The notes below the pieces were generated by a model. That model was not told the origin of the DNA, searched no databases, and worked only from the letters and a program-made list of their open reading frames with translations. A stretch of DNA of 64,000 nt from Anthoceros angustus. Lineage: Eukaryota; Plantae; Anthocerotophyta. The stretch is taken from the NCBI GenBank assembly GCA_010909165.1, contig MU008182.1, positions 806,001-870,000 of the forward strand, read 5' to 3'. A program made the position numbers and the translations under genes. Shown here one piece after another: positions 1 to 12,255 of the stretch; position 1 is the stretch's first letter, and the number at the start of each line of letters is the position of its first letter.

Positions 1-840
1 GTGTACAACCATGTGTCAAAACGAAATCATTTGGGAAACAATGCTATTGTGGCAGCTACACGTCTGCAAAACAAGCTGCATATGCATCGGATAAGATGAA
101 AATTAAGATGTATCTATGTGGAGTACGAGTTAATGATGGGCGTAGATCACGTGCCAATGAGCCGTATAAGATCATCTTAAATTTTCCACTAGAACTATAT
201 TTGGATGACATGTGCAACCCAAACGTGCTTGAAATGACTAAAATTGAAGAATATCGTCAATATATATTAGACGAAGCATCTGCACTAAGGGATGCAACAC
301 CACAAAAAATAAATCAATGCAACTGATGATGATAACTTTCCAATGCAGCATAATCAAAACTAAGTGGAATAACTTGATTCATTAAATTCCAAATTTTCCT
401 TGATTAAGTGATAGGTGTCTAGAGTTCGTTTGCTCCTGAGAAACTAGTTGAGAAATTTCTCAATGGGCCTGTGCGATCCTACCTAGCTTGCCCTGAAGTT
501 GTTGGACGTCTCACACTTAAATTTGCGGCTTTGTTTCTTTTGAGTTCGATAACTCAAAAGAGGGAGATCCCTCTTTTTTACGTTTGCTGTTGAAGGCTAG
601 TTGTTGAGCTCTGTCTGGTCTTGTGTGATTTGCATCATAAAGCTTAACCTATTGCTAGGAAAAATCATTTCGATCAAAGTATATAGGATTCTTTAATTGT
701 ACTCGTGTGTACAACCATGAGGATGGAAATATGTGAAAAGTTGTGTTATTATGTGCCCGGTGATCATAATTATAAATCGTACCCTTGTGCTCAAATACAA
801 TATAAGGTAGTCTAGGTCTCACTTTCATGTCTTTTTCATA

Positions 841-3607
841 GCAGCTTGATGTAGCCAAACCCAAGGCACACAACACGCAATGACTAATACCGAGATTCCG
901 TGAAGTACCACCTCAAACTCATACATAGGCGATGGGATCCAAGACTTGGTTAGAGCCACCTTCCACTACATACCAGCCCGCCACGTAAAGAATGCAGCCA
1001 CTACTACCTTCACCACAAGAATGGCTTCATTAGTTCCTGTTTTATCAACTCCAAAAAACACAACGATGCCCTTTCTGCCATAGAGACTTGGATAGATCAC
1101 GTCGGCCATTCTTGCAGAAACATGAAATGAAAAAAATTTTAGCAAATCATGCTTACCAGAGGTACAAAATACTTCGAGATCCGATCCGCAAGCTTGTGTA
1201 CTCGATGCCTTTGCCATCTGTGTTGTCTCCACCAGCCTCACTATTTGTGATAAGGCTGTCTCTGAACCAACATGGGTGGCCCTTAAAAGTAGCACCCCAT
1301 TCTCGTTCAGGGTACCACCCATAACCTTGTCACCAACCACCTTTTGCACTGGCCTTGGTTCTCCGTGAGCATACTCTTCTAAGGTTTTCCCCTTGGCAAG
1401 AATCTCCTAGTACTTCACGGAGTATGAAGGAGATAAGCATGGCATTAGTGTCAAAAAAATCTTCCGCAAAGTTTGAGAGGTTTTGACTTAAGAACAACAT
1501 AAATGGAATTAAAGTAAGCAACACTTATACCAAGAGCATTAGCACATCATGTTTGCATATCCATGACCAAGTGATTTGTAAGCTCCCACATAGAATCGTA
1601 AAACTGAACGAAGGGTAGACAAAACCACCTTTAATCTCTCAATGTTTAACATGTTGACCACCTTCTTATCCAGGCCATGCCCAAGTACAGGAATATATTT
1701 AAACACCATAGAGAGGAGAAAGAGAGGAACTATGAAGACACAGCTCCAAAGGAAATTCGTCAAGTAATGCCCTATTTCCTTTCTCTGATCAGGGCCCACA
1801 TGTCCTAGATTCGTAAACAAGCTGGCCTTGTACATGGCAAGCATGGTACATATTTGTGCTATGATTTCGATGAAGTACCTAGGCCTAGTTTTGTTTGGAT
1901 CATACTAGATCAACACGTTTTCCCCATTCTCAATTATCTCGACTGACTTCAGACCCTGCAGACGTTGCAGTGATACCTTAAGGTCCTTATTCGCAGCTTG
2001 AGAATGAACACCCTCCAGTTCAGCTGAATCTGATTCCTTTCCTCCCCAACATGAATAAGCGCAGCCTCGAATCCAACATCATCAATCACGTTAATTAGGT
2101 TTCACGTCAGTGAGCCTTGAGTCATAATGAATTTCACTGCTCCAAAGGTAAGGCCAACTTTTTAACTCGAGGTGCCTTTCGAGCGTTTGAGTAGGAGGTA
2201 CATGTCATTCCTTTAATTCGAAGACGGCAAACCATAACTCCCATTGAGCTAGGACATTCTTATGATTTGGAACATCCTCAATAAGAATTGCCCCAAAGCC
2301 AAAGATCTGTTTGTATTATTCTTGCGATGCGAAAATGCAAAAGTACTTAGAAATGACATCTAAGCCATTACTACAATGCACGTGGACCTCCTCAAGCCAC
2401 ACCAATGGCCAAAACACGTATGTCCTACTAGGAGCTTTTGTTAAAGCTCACCTATAAATCATCTTGCCGCTCAACTGCAGAGCGGCGGGTGGTAGATGAC
2501 TTGAGCTTTGTCTTGAACCATCGCGACTGCCGCATCCTCGATTCCTCGAATCCAACATCATCAATCATGTTAATTAGGTTTCACGTCGGTGAGCCTTGAG
2601 TCATAATGAATTTCCGCTTTGTTCGATTCCAAGGCCAACCGTACCTTTTTAACTCGAGGTGCCTTTCTCAGAGCGTTTGAGTAGGAGGTACATGTCATTC
2701 CTTTAATTAAGACGGCAAACAATAACTCCCATTACAAATTGCCCCAAAGCGACATCTTGAGGTTGTTTGTATTATTCTTGCGATGCGAAAATGCAAAAGT
2801 ACTTAGAAATGACATGACTCCATTACTACAATGCACGTGGACCTCCTCAAGCCACACCAATGGCCAAAACACGAATGTCCTACTAGGAGCTTTTGTTAAA
2901 GCTCACCTATAAATCATCTTGCCGCTCAACTGCAGAGCGGCGGGTGGTAGATGACTTGAGCTTTGTCTTGAACCATCGCGACTGCCGCATCCTCGATTCC
3001 TCGAATCCAACATCATCAATCACGTTAATTAGGTTTCACGTGAGCCTTGAGTCATAATGAATTTCCACTGCTCCAGGTAAGGCCAACCGCATTTTTAACT
3101 CGAGGTGCCTTATTTGAGTAGGAGGTACATGTCATTCCTTTAATTCGAGGCAACATAACTCCCATTGAGCTAGGACATTCTTATGATTTGGAACATCCTC
3201 AATAAGAATTGCCCCAAAGCGATCTTGGTTGTTTGTATTATTCTTGCGATGCGAAAATGCAAAAGTACTTAGAAATGACATCTAAGCCATTACTACAATG
3301 CACGTGGACCTCCTCAAGCCACACCAATGGCCAAAACACGTAGTGTCCGTTACTAGGAGCTTTTTAAAGCTCACCTATAAATCATCTTCTTTGCTCCAAG
3401 TGAGGCGGGTGGTAGATGACTTGAGCTTTGTCTTGAACCACTGCGACCGTCGCATCCTCGATTCCTGGAATCCGCTTTACCACTTTCTCCATGCAACCAG
3501 CACAAGTAGCATATTCCATTCCCGTGACCTTGAAAGTCATTAGATATGCACTGTTCGGAGGCATCAATGTCAACATGCGGAGGTGCCCCCGGAAACCGAG
3601 GCATGGA
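841..3607 (-). pseudogene. HMA5 duplicate pseudogene, segment A (exon 1 part to exon 3 part, introns retained, 3' exons absent from window)
   Basis: Colinear by-eye match to the intact gene at ~29401-31520. ORF remnants include [38 protein letters not shown] and [31 protein letters not shown]. Many frameshifts, a ~190 bp deletion near 1375, and an internal triplication. Confidence 0.92.
2065..3473. repeat. Tandem triplication (units ~479, 455, 465 bp) of the HMA1-intron 1-HMA2 segment inside the pseudogene
   Basis: CCTCGAATCCAACATCATCAATC begins at 2065, 2544 and 2999. The third unit exits through CCTGGAATCC at 3464-3473. Confidence 0.9.
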
Positions 3608-3904
3608 CCTGCTTGGTAGTTGTCGGGACCTGCTTGGTAGGCAAGTTCATGGATAAAATTGGCATGTGAAGTTTTAGGGGTTGCTAAGTACAGAGTGGTA
3701 TCCAGATGCTCAATTCACAATGAATTTATCAGGTATCTCTCCTTCGTTGTGGGACGAGATAGCGAGATTGTGCAGACGCCGTCAAGATCGACCGACTGGG
3801 ACTCCCATCTCCGTATGCCGAGAAGTTCACCAAGATTCTACTCCCATTGCGCCCAAGGTGCCCACCGTACCTCCATACCGCTTTCCTTTGGCTCTACCGC
3901 AATT

Positions 3905-4030
3905 TATGGTGCCGATGCTCTGCAATTCTATGGTGCTGATGCTCTGCAATTCTATGGTGCTGATGCTATGCAATTCTATGGTGCCGATGCTGCAATGGTG
4001 CCGATGCTCTGGTGCCGATGCTCGCAATTC
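3905..4030. repeat. 24 bp minisatellite TATGGTGCCGATGCTCTGCAATTC, about 4 full copies plus partial copies
   Basis: Unit starts at 3905, 3929, 3953 and 3977. Confidence 0.9.
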
Positions 4031-5189
4031 TTGTTATGCCCGATGGCAACATAGCGGGTGTAATTCGTTCGCATACGCCGGTAGGGCGTGAAGAGATAGA
4101 AGCGCAAGGCACTTAGGCTATTGTTGAGAGGGCCTCGGCTTGTCCCGCCTTGTTGCCAATTTAGAAGCGATGAGTACTGTGTGTGAGCATTGGTGTAGGG
4201 ATGGGCTGGATGATGCCTGCGATGGAGACTTTGCTTTTGCAACTGGATGCACTCAATGATTGTTGAAAGAAGACTGCTGGACTGTGAAATGTTTGTCCCA
4301 GAGTGATTGTGATGCTATCGAAGTATCTGTATATGCCTCCTTCTAAGGCTGTGTGCTCGTTTTGGCTTGAAATTTTGCAACTTTGTAATGATGGATCAAG
4401 GATTTTGCTCTTGGAGAAGGTTGAGGAATCTAGCTAAGGCTTTGGGGCAAACATTTTGGTGGAAGGTGGGCTCTAGACCCGACTTTTCTTTACCATTTTG
4501 GTGGTGTGTCAAGTTCTTTTTACCATTTTGGGGCCGCTGTGTGTCAAGTCCGTGTCATGTAAGCTAATCTCGCTTTGGCTCTATTGGATTTTTGACTTGC
4601 ATCTTATATTCCTCTTCACATGCATGTTGTCTGACCGCATATGATGGCCTTCAAATCCGGAGAATATCTAGTAGGAGGATCATCACAACCTTCAAGTGCA
4701 AGCGCATTCTATGCACACCTTGTAAAGATCGCGAACTTACAAGGCGTCACGGATTATGTTACAATATATATTGCCTTCATTTATCCTAATTTTAAGATAT
4801 TATGTATGCATTATTTTATGTAAATCTGGTCCCTAATTAGGGCCAAATTTAGTTAAAATAATATGTATATATACTGCCCAAAAATTAGGATTTAAATGGA
4901 ATGGATATAATGTAATTACATTATTAAATTCATAGATTTATAATCTTAATTAGATACCTATTTATTTAATTCAATAATTATTTTGTCAATATTATCATAT
5001 ATTGTATAAAGAGTCGTATTGTATGATATACATGTATAATTTGATCTTCGATATGATACCATATAGTATACCTTATGTCCATACGTATGTATGAAAAAGA
5101 GATGTATACTATTTTGTAGAATATATATATATTTTAATGTATAAACAACGTTGTAAATCATTGAGACGTGAATTTTTCAAGTTGTAATC

Positions 5190-5870
5190 TACCTTGTAGA
5201 TTTTGTTGTAAAACTAGCGATTCGTGAATTTTGAGGTTGTAAATGAGGTTGTAAATGAGGTTGTAAATGAGGTTGTAAATGATAAATGAGGTTGTAAATG
5301 AGGTTGTAAATGACGTTGTAAATGAGGTTGTAAATGAGGTTGTAAATGAGGTTGCAAATGAGTTGTAAACGATTGTAAACCACGTTGTAAACGAGGTTGC
5401 AAACGTTGTAAAACGTTGTAAACGACGTTGTAAACGACGCTGTAAATGACGCTGTAAATGACGCTGTAAAGTGTTGTAAAGTAAGGGTGTTTGAAGGTTG
5501 TAAATGAGGTTGTAACGTATATTGTAAAATACGTTGTAAATAGACCCACTTTACAACCTAGTTAAGCTGTCAGACTACAACCTCCTAATAACAACCTATT
5601 TTACAACCTAGATTACAAGGCAACCACGTTGTAAATGGCGTTGTCATTTAGGTTGTAAACGAGCCGAACGTTGTAAATGACGTTGTAAAACGGCTACCCG
5701 GACACCTTACCCGTCCGGTTAGGTGACGTGGCGGCCACGTCAGCAACTTGATGACGTGGCAATCTTGCCTGCCACGTCAGCATTTTTACAACCTAGTTGC
5801 CGCCACAAACGTAATGCCTGCTTACAACGGTTGTAAATTACGTTGTAAAATGCGTTGTAAAACACCTGCG
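5190..5870. repeat. CACTA-type subterminal repeat field (GTTGTAAA / TTTACAAC in both orientations; AGGTTGTAAATG tandem run)
   Basis: Dozens of GTTGTAAA copies at 5200-5530 and inverted TTACAAC copies at 5570-5830, next to the CACTA terminus. Confidence 0.85.
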
Positions 5871-5882
5871 ATTCTTGTAGTG

Positions 5883-6100
5883 AGGGGATTCGCGGAGTAG
5901 CGAAGAGACGCACAGTCTTCGCGCCATCCGCACGAATTTGTCCAAGGCGATCTTCCAGACCTGTCTTGCTGAAGAGATTTGTCCCGTCCTATTGCAGACT
6001 CAATAAAATGAATCGCATGATAGCACTCCCTCATGCTATTCTTGGATTTTCTTGCACCAGACAAGAATCTCAAAACCAGCTCTTCCCGGCAAACTTCATG
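5883..6100 (-). pseudogene. HMA5 pseudogene, segment B (N-terminal coding region)
   Basis: Matches 31520-31720 of the intact gene (CGCGGAGTAGC...GATCTTCCAGACCTGTCT...CTTGGATTT; peptide [16 protein letters not shown]). Confidence 0.85.
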
Positions 6101-6699
6101 CACTACAACAATGCAGCTGGCAATAAGACGCAATGTCATTGACGTCCCGGACCACGTCTTTCCCGTATAATTTCAGTTGACATCCAGACCAAGAATGACG
6201 TGCCCACCACATATCGCAAATGCAGGGCACCTTCACCGTGGACCTAGAAAACACGCAGCCATCAAGGCCATATCCATGCCAAAATACTTCCGGACCCGGC
6301 CAAGACGCTTATCTGTATTTCAGCAGTGCAACCATAAATTGGAACAAGCCGGAGCCCAAATCAAGGCGTCCGGATGTCCATCCGGACGATGGTGAGCATC
6401 CCGCCCTTACCAACCGGTTGCCCGGCCCTTACTGCATTTGTGGGGGCCGCAGACCATTTAAGCTCGGCCGCCAGAGATCAGGTGGCCCGACCGGGCCGCA
6501 TGGCTGGCCTTGCGTAAGGCGCACTGCTGAGCCGAGGCCTATCCGGACGGTCATGCCCGGCATGCCCGGCATGCCTTTGGCATAAGCCCAACCGCTCCTC
6601 GTCTTTAGGGAGGTTCCACAGAATCCCCTCCCTTCGCCTCCCCGCTCCATTCCAGAACATTGCAGCCCGCCCCCAACGTGAGAATTGTAGCCCGGCGAT

Positions 6700-7731
6700 G
6701 GCAGCCTATGTCCGCAATAGGTAGATTCCATCGATTTACTATCCCTACCCGGAGTGTGCTCCCTTCCGCACCCGTGTCAGAGGAGATATTTCACTGCGCC
6801 ACGTCCAGGAGTGGGATGCATTGCTCCATGCGCGGGTCTGGCTGTGATTGCAACACCCACCCTTCACAATGCGCATCTCTAGCAATTCTTCGTTTCCCCA
6901 ATAAATGGTGCAACACAGAAATTGACCAAGTTCCATCTATTCATGTGCAGGGGCTCACCCGCCAGGAGGTCCTCATCCGAGCGCGTACTCCACACGAAGT
7001 AATGCCGGTCTCGCTTCCACCCCCCCCTCGCCTTGAGGGCCGCCATATCTTGTTCTATGCAACCTGACAATTCCACTGGGCGCCTAGTGTCCTCCAGCTC
7101 CCTTTCTAGTTCGGTGACGTCTTGCTCCTTGCTGCGCCAACGACTCTCCTCCGCCCTCCAGCAGGGCTGGAGTCGATCTATTTCTCGCTCGTGGTCCTCG
7201 ATTCGCCCCTGGAGATGTCCGTTCCTCTCTTCCACTACTCGGAGTTGCAGTTCCAGAGTCTCCTTCTGGCCCTCCAACTCCTGGCGCCGTTCTTCCACGT
7301 CCCTGCACACCCGAGTCCCCGCCTCCCTCAGACAGCCTCCATCTCCTCCTCACGGATCACCGTGCTTGCTCATGGCCGCTCCGCCTTGCCTGTGGCCCTG
7401 TCACTTCCCTCCACCGATTCCTATCCTGACGGTAGTGGTCTCTATCCGTCTTGGCAGAGGCCTCCGCCTCTCGAGCGCCTCACCGAGCCTTCCATGCCCC
7501 TGCCGCTTGTGGCAGCCACCCGCCTTGCCTGGCGGCTTCCTCCGCCGCCTGCCACTTCTCTCCTTGACAGGACTTCCGCCCTCGGCTGCGCCTCACAGGC
7601 GTGCTTATGTCACTGTTGGAGCACCACTGCCTTGTCTTGTTGGGCGGGCCTTGCCTCCGACTCGGCCGTTCGGCGCTTCTCCTCCTCGACCCTAGCGAGG
7701 GACTGCTTCCTCTTGGCGGCCTCCCTCGCCT
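6700..7731 (-). other. Degenerate GC-rich ORF with long coiled-coil segment, probably transposon-associated
   Basis: ORF 6879-7310 (RRQELEGQKETLELQLRVVEERNGHLQGRIEDHEREIDRL) and upstream AREAAKRKQSLARVEEEKRR in a broken frame. No recognisable domain. Confidence 0.35.
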
Positions 7732-7990
7732 TGAGGACGAATATACCCTATTGAGGGCACTCTTCACTAGGGCACCTAAGACTATTAATTAATTTAGTTC
7801 TTAGGGCTTTAGGTAGTTTATTAAGTAGTTAGTTGTTACAACCACCTAGAGGTTAGAACTACTTATGGTTATAACCACCTTATGGTTGTAACCACCCAGC
7901 CTATATAAAGGCTTTGTACTTTCAATTTCATAAGCAATGAAAACATCTTTTGCTGAGAGCAAGGCGTGATTTTCATTATGGTATCATAGC
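7732..7990 (+). repeat. 5' LTR-like block (7732-7975, TG...CA) followed by a tRNA-Met PBS (7979-7990)
   Basis: TGAGGACG...TTTTCA with CTATATAAA at ~7901, then TGGTATCATAGC (one mismatch to the canonical TGGTATCAGAGC). The left LTR boundary is inferred. Confidence 0.6.
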
Positions 7991-8762
7991 ACCTTGCTCT
8001 CCATTTTGTGTGTGCGCAGCTTCAAGCATCTAAGGAGCTTATCTAGGAGAAACTTTTCAATCTAGCACCTAGCTAGATGGATTATGTGCATCTTAGAATT
8101 ACTGCTCTTTTATGTTTTCTTCTCATGCTAACATTTCTTTTCTAACAATGCTTTTATGCACTAATTCCTTGTCCTCCCTCCATGGAAGTGTTTTCCCTTA
8201 GAGGGAGGTGGCCTAGAATTAGGAAAAGAGATTTCCCTGCAAGACAACAAGAACAAGTTAGGAGCAAGAACATTAGAAGCAATAGAAGTCCACACATCAT
8301 TGCAGGAGAAATAGAAGAAACCTCTTCATGCATAGCTAATTTCATTGCTAGACGTGATTAATCATTTCATTATTAATCTAGCTAGACGTGATTTGCTAGA
8401 AGTTCTTAGCCCAATCCACGTCAAAGCGTTAGAGCTAGCACTCCAACACATCCCGAATTTGACAGCTGGTACTAACACTCCTAAATCTTCTAGTCTGCAA
8501 GGCCAAGACATAGAAACTCATAAAATTGACAACCTAGATAGACAACTATCATCTCTTAGAATCCAACATCTTGATCTCAAGGGAGAGCTAGCTGAACTAA
8601 GGACAAAGGTGTCCATCCTCTCTAAGTTCCAAGCTGTGCAGGAATTCAAGAGCAGGTTGTCATCTCCTGATGCAAGTTATTACGCAAGGGAGGAGTTTCG
8701 AGCATGCAATAGAGAAGAAGAAAAGCTGTATCGTCGAGGCTTAGTCCTCTAGATCGCCTGCT

Positions 8763-9338
8763 ATGGCTGGAGTAGTTAACAACAAAGAAGAAGTACCAGT
8801 GTCACCAAACACACCCAGAATGGGTCCTTGTGGAAATACAAATCATACTTTGATTAATCATTATGGTGACAGCTTTAAAGAGAAGGACAGGTTCAATGGA
8901 AAGAATTATTATGTTTGGGCTATACGGATGAAAGGAGCCTTACGACAACGAGATCTCTGGGACATAGTCGAAGGAAGACTTCCCAGACCCACTGAAAGAT
9001 TTGAAGCACACCTTCCAACCTCCTGGGACGCCGGGGACAAGAAGGCGCAAGATCTTATCATCAGTGGACTTTCGGAGCAGATGGTGATACAAGTAGATCA
9101 TGCAAAGACCTCCCACGACATGTGGACTCACCTTGCTCAACTCTACTCCTCAATGGATGTTATGAGTATCGTTGCCACCTCCCGTAATTTCCGCAACCTT
9201 CAAATGAAGGAGTCTGATTCCATTGAACATCATATAAGTGCTTTTCGACTGGCGAGATCTCAACTTGAAGCTGCAAGTGGCATCCTTGTCCATGAGTTGG
9301 AAGCATATGTTATCCTTCTATCTTCTTTGCCGCCATGA
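8763..9338 (+). pseudogene. Copia gag, C-terminally truncated
   Basis: FNGKNYYVWAIRMKGALRQRDLWDIVEG; WDAGDKKAQDLII; TSHDMWTHLAQLY; LQMKESDSIEHHI. Confidence 0.85.
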
Positions 9339-12255
9339 GACCTGTGCTCTTGCTAAGCAGAAGGAACTTCCGTTTCCTTCTGCTCTAGACTTGGTCATGG
9401 CCACCATAGAGGTCCTTTTCACATGTCCGAGACGAGCATGCCACAAAACAGATTGTTGCACTGCTCACAGAACAACCCAAGTGTTGGACCTTGTTCACTC
9501 TGACATTTCTGGCCGCCTTCAGGTTCCGTCACTTGGAGGGGCAGAATACTACTTCACGATCACTGACGATTACAGCATGTATACATGGACTTTTCCCATG
9601 AAACGCAAGAATGAAACTTTCGCCTTGTTCTAGGATTGGTTTCTTTTAGCGCAAGGACAGACTGGCTGTCTCCTCAAAGTCTTCAGATCGGATAATGGGA
9701 CAGAGTTTGTCAACCATTCTTTTACTAGTTTCCTGGCAGAACAAGGAATCATCCATGAGTTAATCGTTCCTTACACTTAGCAACAGAATGGCGTAGCCGA
9801 ATGTAAAAACCAGACCTTAATGGGGATGATACGAGCTATGTTATTGTGGTCAGGCTTACCATCCCCCTATAGGGCAGAAGCAGTAGTAACTTCCACATAC
9901 ATACTGAATAGATTACCTACCAATTCTCTTGCTGCTAAGACACCTTTTGAGCCTGTCTGGAAACGGAAGCCGAGTCTTCTGCACCTCAGGGTTTTTGGGT
10001 CCAAAGCATATGCTTACATCCCTGCTGAAAAGCGTAGAAAGTTAGACAATCGGTCTCGCTGTCTCACCTTTGTTGGCTATAGTGAAAGCGTGAAAGCATG
10101 CAAACTTATTGACCCAATCTCTTTGCAGCCAGTTCTAACACGTAGTGTTACCTTTCTAGAATCCTTGCAACCTGTTGGCACAAAGGAGATAATAACCCCT
10201 CAAGAGGCAGACAGTATTTCTGATGACTCCACAGGACTTCTCTCATTGTATCCTGAAGATGCTGATGGTTGTCCCCATACGCCTGAGGGCTCAGCTGGCC
10301 AGCATCTACCAGATGATATGGATGCTAATTTTGATGTTCACCTTGAACCACCATCTCTGCCAATTGTTGATGACAATATTACACTTGACACACCACCAGC
10401 ATCTGCAGCAGCTGAATCCACTTTAGACCAAGACCTGAACCAACCGGTACACGATGATGTTGCTGCATTACAAGATGACTTACCTAGACCAGATGGACCA
10501 ATGGAATTTATCCCAACAACACCTATGACTGTAAGTCCTCATGAGGATGATGGCCTTCGAAGGTCATCTCGCCACAGACCTCTACCTTCAGACTGGAAGG
10601 AGCCCCGATACGAGGCAATCAACTTCCGGCATTCTGCAGGAGCTGCTATATCTCCTCCATCAGAGCTCACCGTAACTATCATTAAGGTTTCACCGGTCCA
10701 TAAAGAGAAATGGAAATATGCAGTAGATGATGAATATAACAGCCTTCTCAAGAATGGAACTTGGCGTTTAGTTCCTCGCCTTGCAAATCGGAAGCCGATT
10801 ACGTGCAAGTGGGTATTCAAACACAAACTGAATGCAGAAGGTCAAATTGCAAGATACAAGGCACGACTTTGTGCCCGTGGTTTCACACAAGTTGCTGGAC
10901 TGGACTATAAAGAGACTTTTTCTCCAGTCGTTCGTGCTCAGTCCCTCCACCTTATCTTTGCTCTTGCTGCTGAATATGACTTGGAGTTGCAGCAAATGGA
11001 CATTTGTACAGCCTTCTTACATGGTGTTCTCGAGGAAGAATTGTACATGGAACAGCCTTAAGGCTATGAAGATCCTGCACATCCAGATTATGTATGTCAA
11101 CTTATCAAGTGTTTATATGGTCTGAAGCAAAGTGCACAACGCTGGTATAAAAGATGTGACAAGGCTCTCAAGACCTTAGGCTTTCGCCAATGTCCTGCAG
11201 ACTCTAATGTCTATGTCTTCAAGGACGATTCTGATTACGTAATTCTTGCCCTTTATGTTGACGACGTTATCCTTGCTGCGAATAACACTGCCCTATTATC
11301 ACAAGTCAAGAACATGTTAAAACATACCTTTGAAATGACTGACAGTGGAGATCTTCTATTCTGTCTTGGAATACAAGTGTTGAGGGTTCGTTCCGAGGGC
11401 CTACTCATCATTCACCAACATAAGTATATTGCTGAAATTCTCCACAGGTTCAACATGGGTCAAGCACATCCAGCGACCACTCCAGGTGCTATGGGAATCA
11501 AACTTACCAGATATGAATGTGCCATCACTGATGCCGACAAGCTGGACATGCATGATATCCCCTATCGCCATGCTGTTGGCAATTTGATCTTTGTTAGCAT
11601 GTGGACACGTCCAGATATTTAGCACTCAGTTAGCACAGTCTCCCAATTTCTTGAGCACCCTGGCCGTGTACACTGGACAGCTGTGAAGCATATCTTTTGA
11701 TACCTAAAAGGCACTCATCATACAGGCTTATGTTATAGGCGCAGTGGTCTAGGACACTTAACTTTGCAAGGATTTGCTTACGCTGACTGGGTTTCGGACA
11801 ATGACTCACGAAAGAGCTTATCGACATATGCTTTTCTCCTTTCTCAAGCAGCAGTGAACTGGAGTTGCAAGAAGCAGACGAGCATTGCCCTGTCAAGCAC
11901 CGAAGCTGAGTATAAGTCTCTCACGGATGCAACCAAAGAGGTAGAATGGGAACGGTCTTTTCTACAGGATATTGGGGAAACACAAACAGGACCCACTCAC
12001 CTTTTCTGTGATAACCAATCTGCCATAGCTCTGGTTGCCAATCCTCGCTTCCATGCTCGTACCAAACACATAGAGATCCATCACCATTACATTAGAGATG
12101 CCACTGAGAGGGGAATCGTTAAAATCCTCTATGTCCCTACAGATGATAACACAGCGGACATCCTAACTAAAGCCTTGCCTAAGGAAAAGCATATCAAACA
12201 TATGAGAGGTCTTGGTCTTATTGACTATCAGGCCTATTTTAAACCTGCGCTATAG
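9336..12255 (+). pseudogene. Copia pol remnant (integrase, RT, RNase H); protease missing
   Basis: ETCALAKQ, LDLVHSDISG, RSDNGTEF, QQNGVAE, CKWVFKHK, ARYKARLCARGFTQ, QMDICTAFLHG, LYVDD, YADWVSD, ALSSTEAEY, CDNQSAI, RTKHIEI, ADILTKAL. Stops near 9631, 9778, 11059 and 11698. Confidence 0.92.

Larger units (their letters stand above)
3608..5882. mobile_element. One-ended (left-truncated) CACTA element fragment inserted in pseudogene exon 1
   Basis: Ends in ...TTCTTGTAGTG at 5882 (reverse complement CACTACAAGAA). Dense GTTGTAAA subterminal repeats. HMA5 homology stops at 3607 and resumes at 5883. No left CACTA terminus found. Confidence 0.75.

Noticed and set aside
1-840. Short ORFs 96-326 and 655-876 and a 13 bp repeat (1-13, 707-719)
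   Set aside because: No recognisable domain or termini; probably degraded transposon sequence truncated by the window edge.
6139-6420. LTR start at TGACGTCCCGG just inside the CACTA left TIR
   Set aside because: No partner LTR, PBS, PPT or TSD found, so the boundary cannot be supported.
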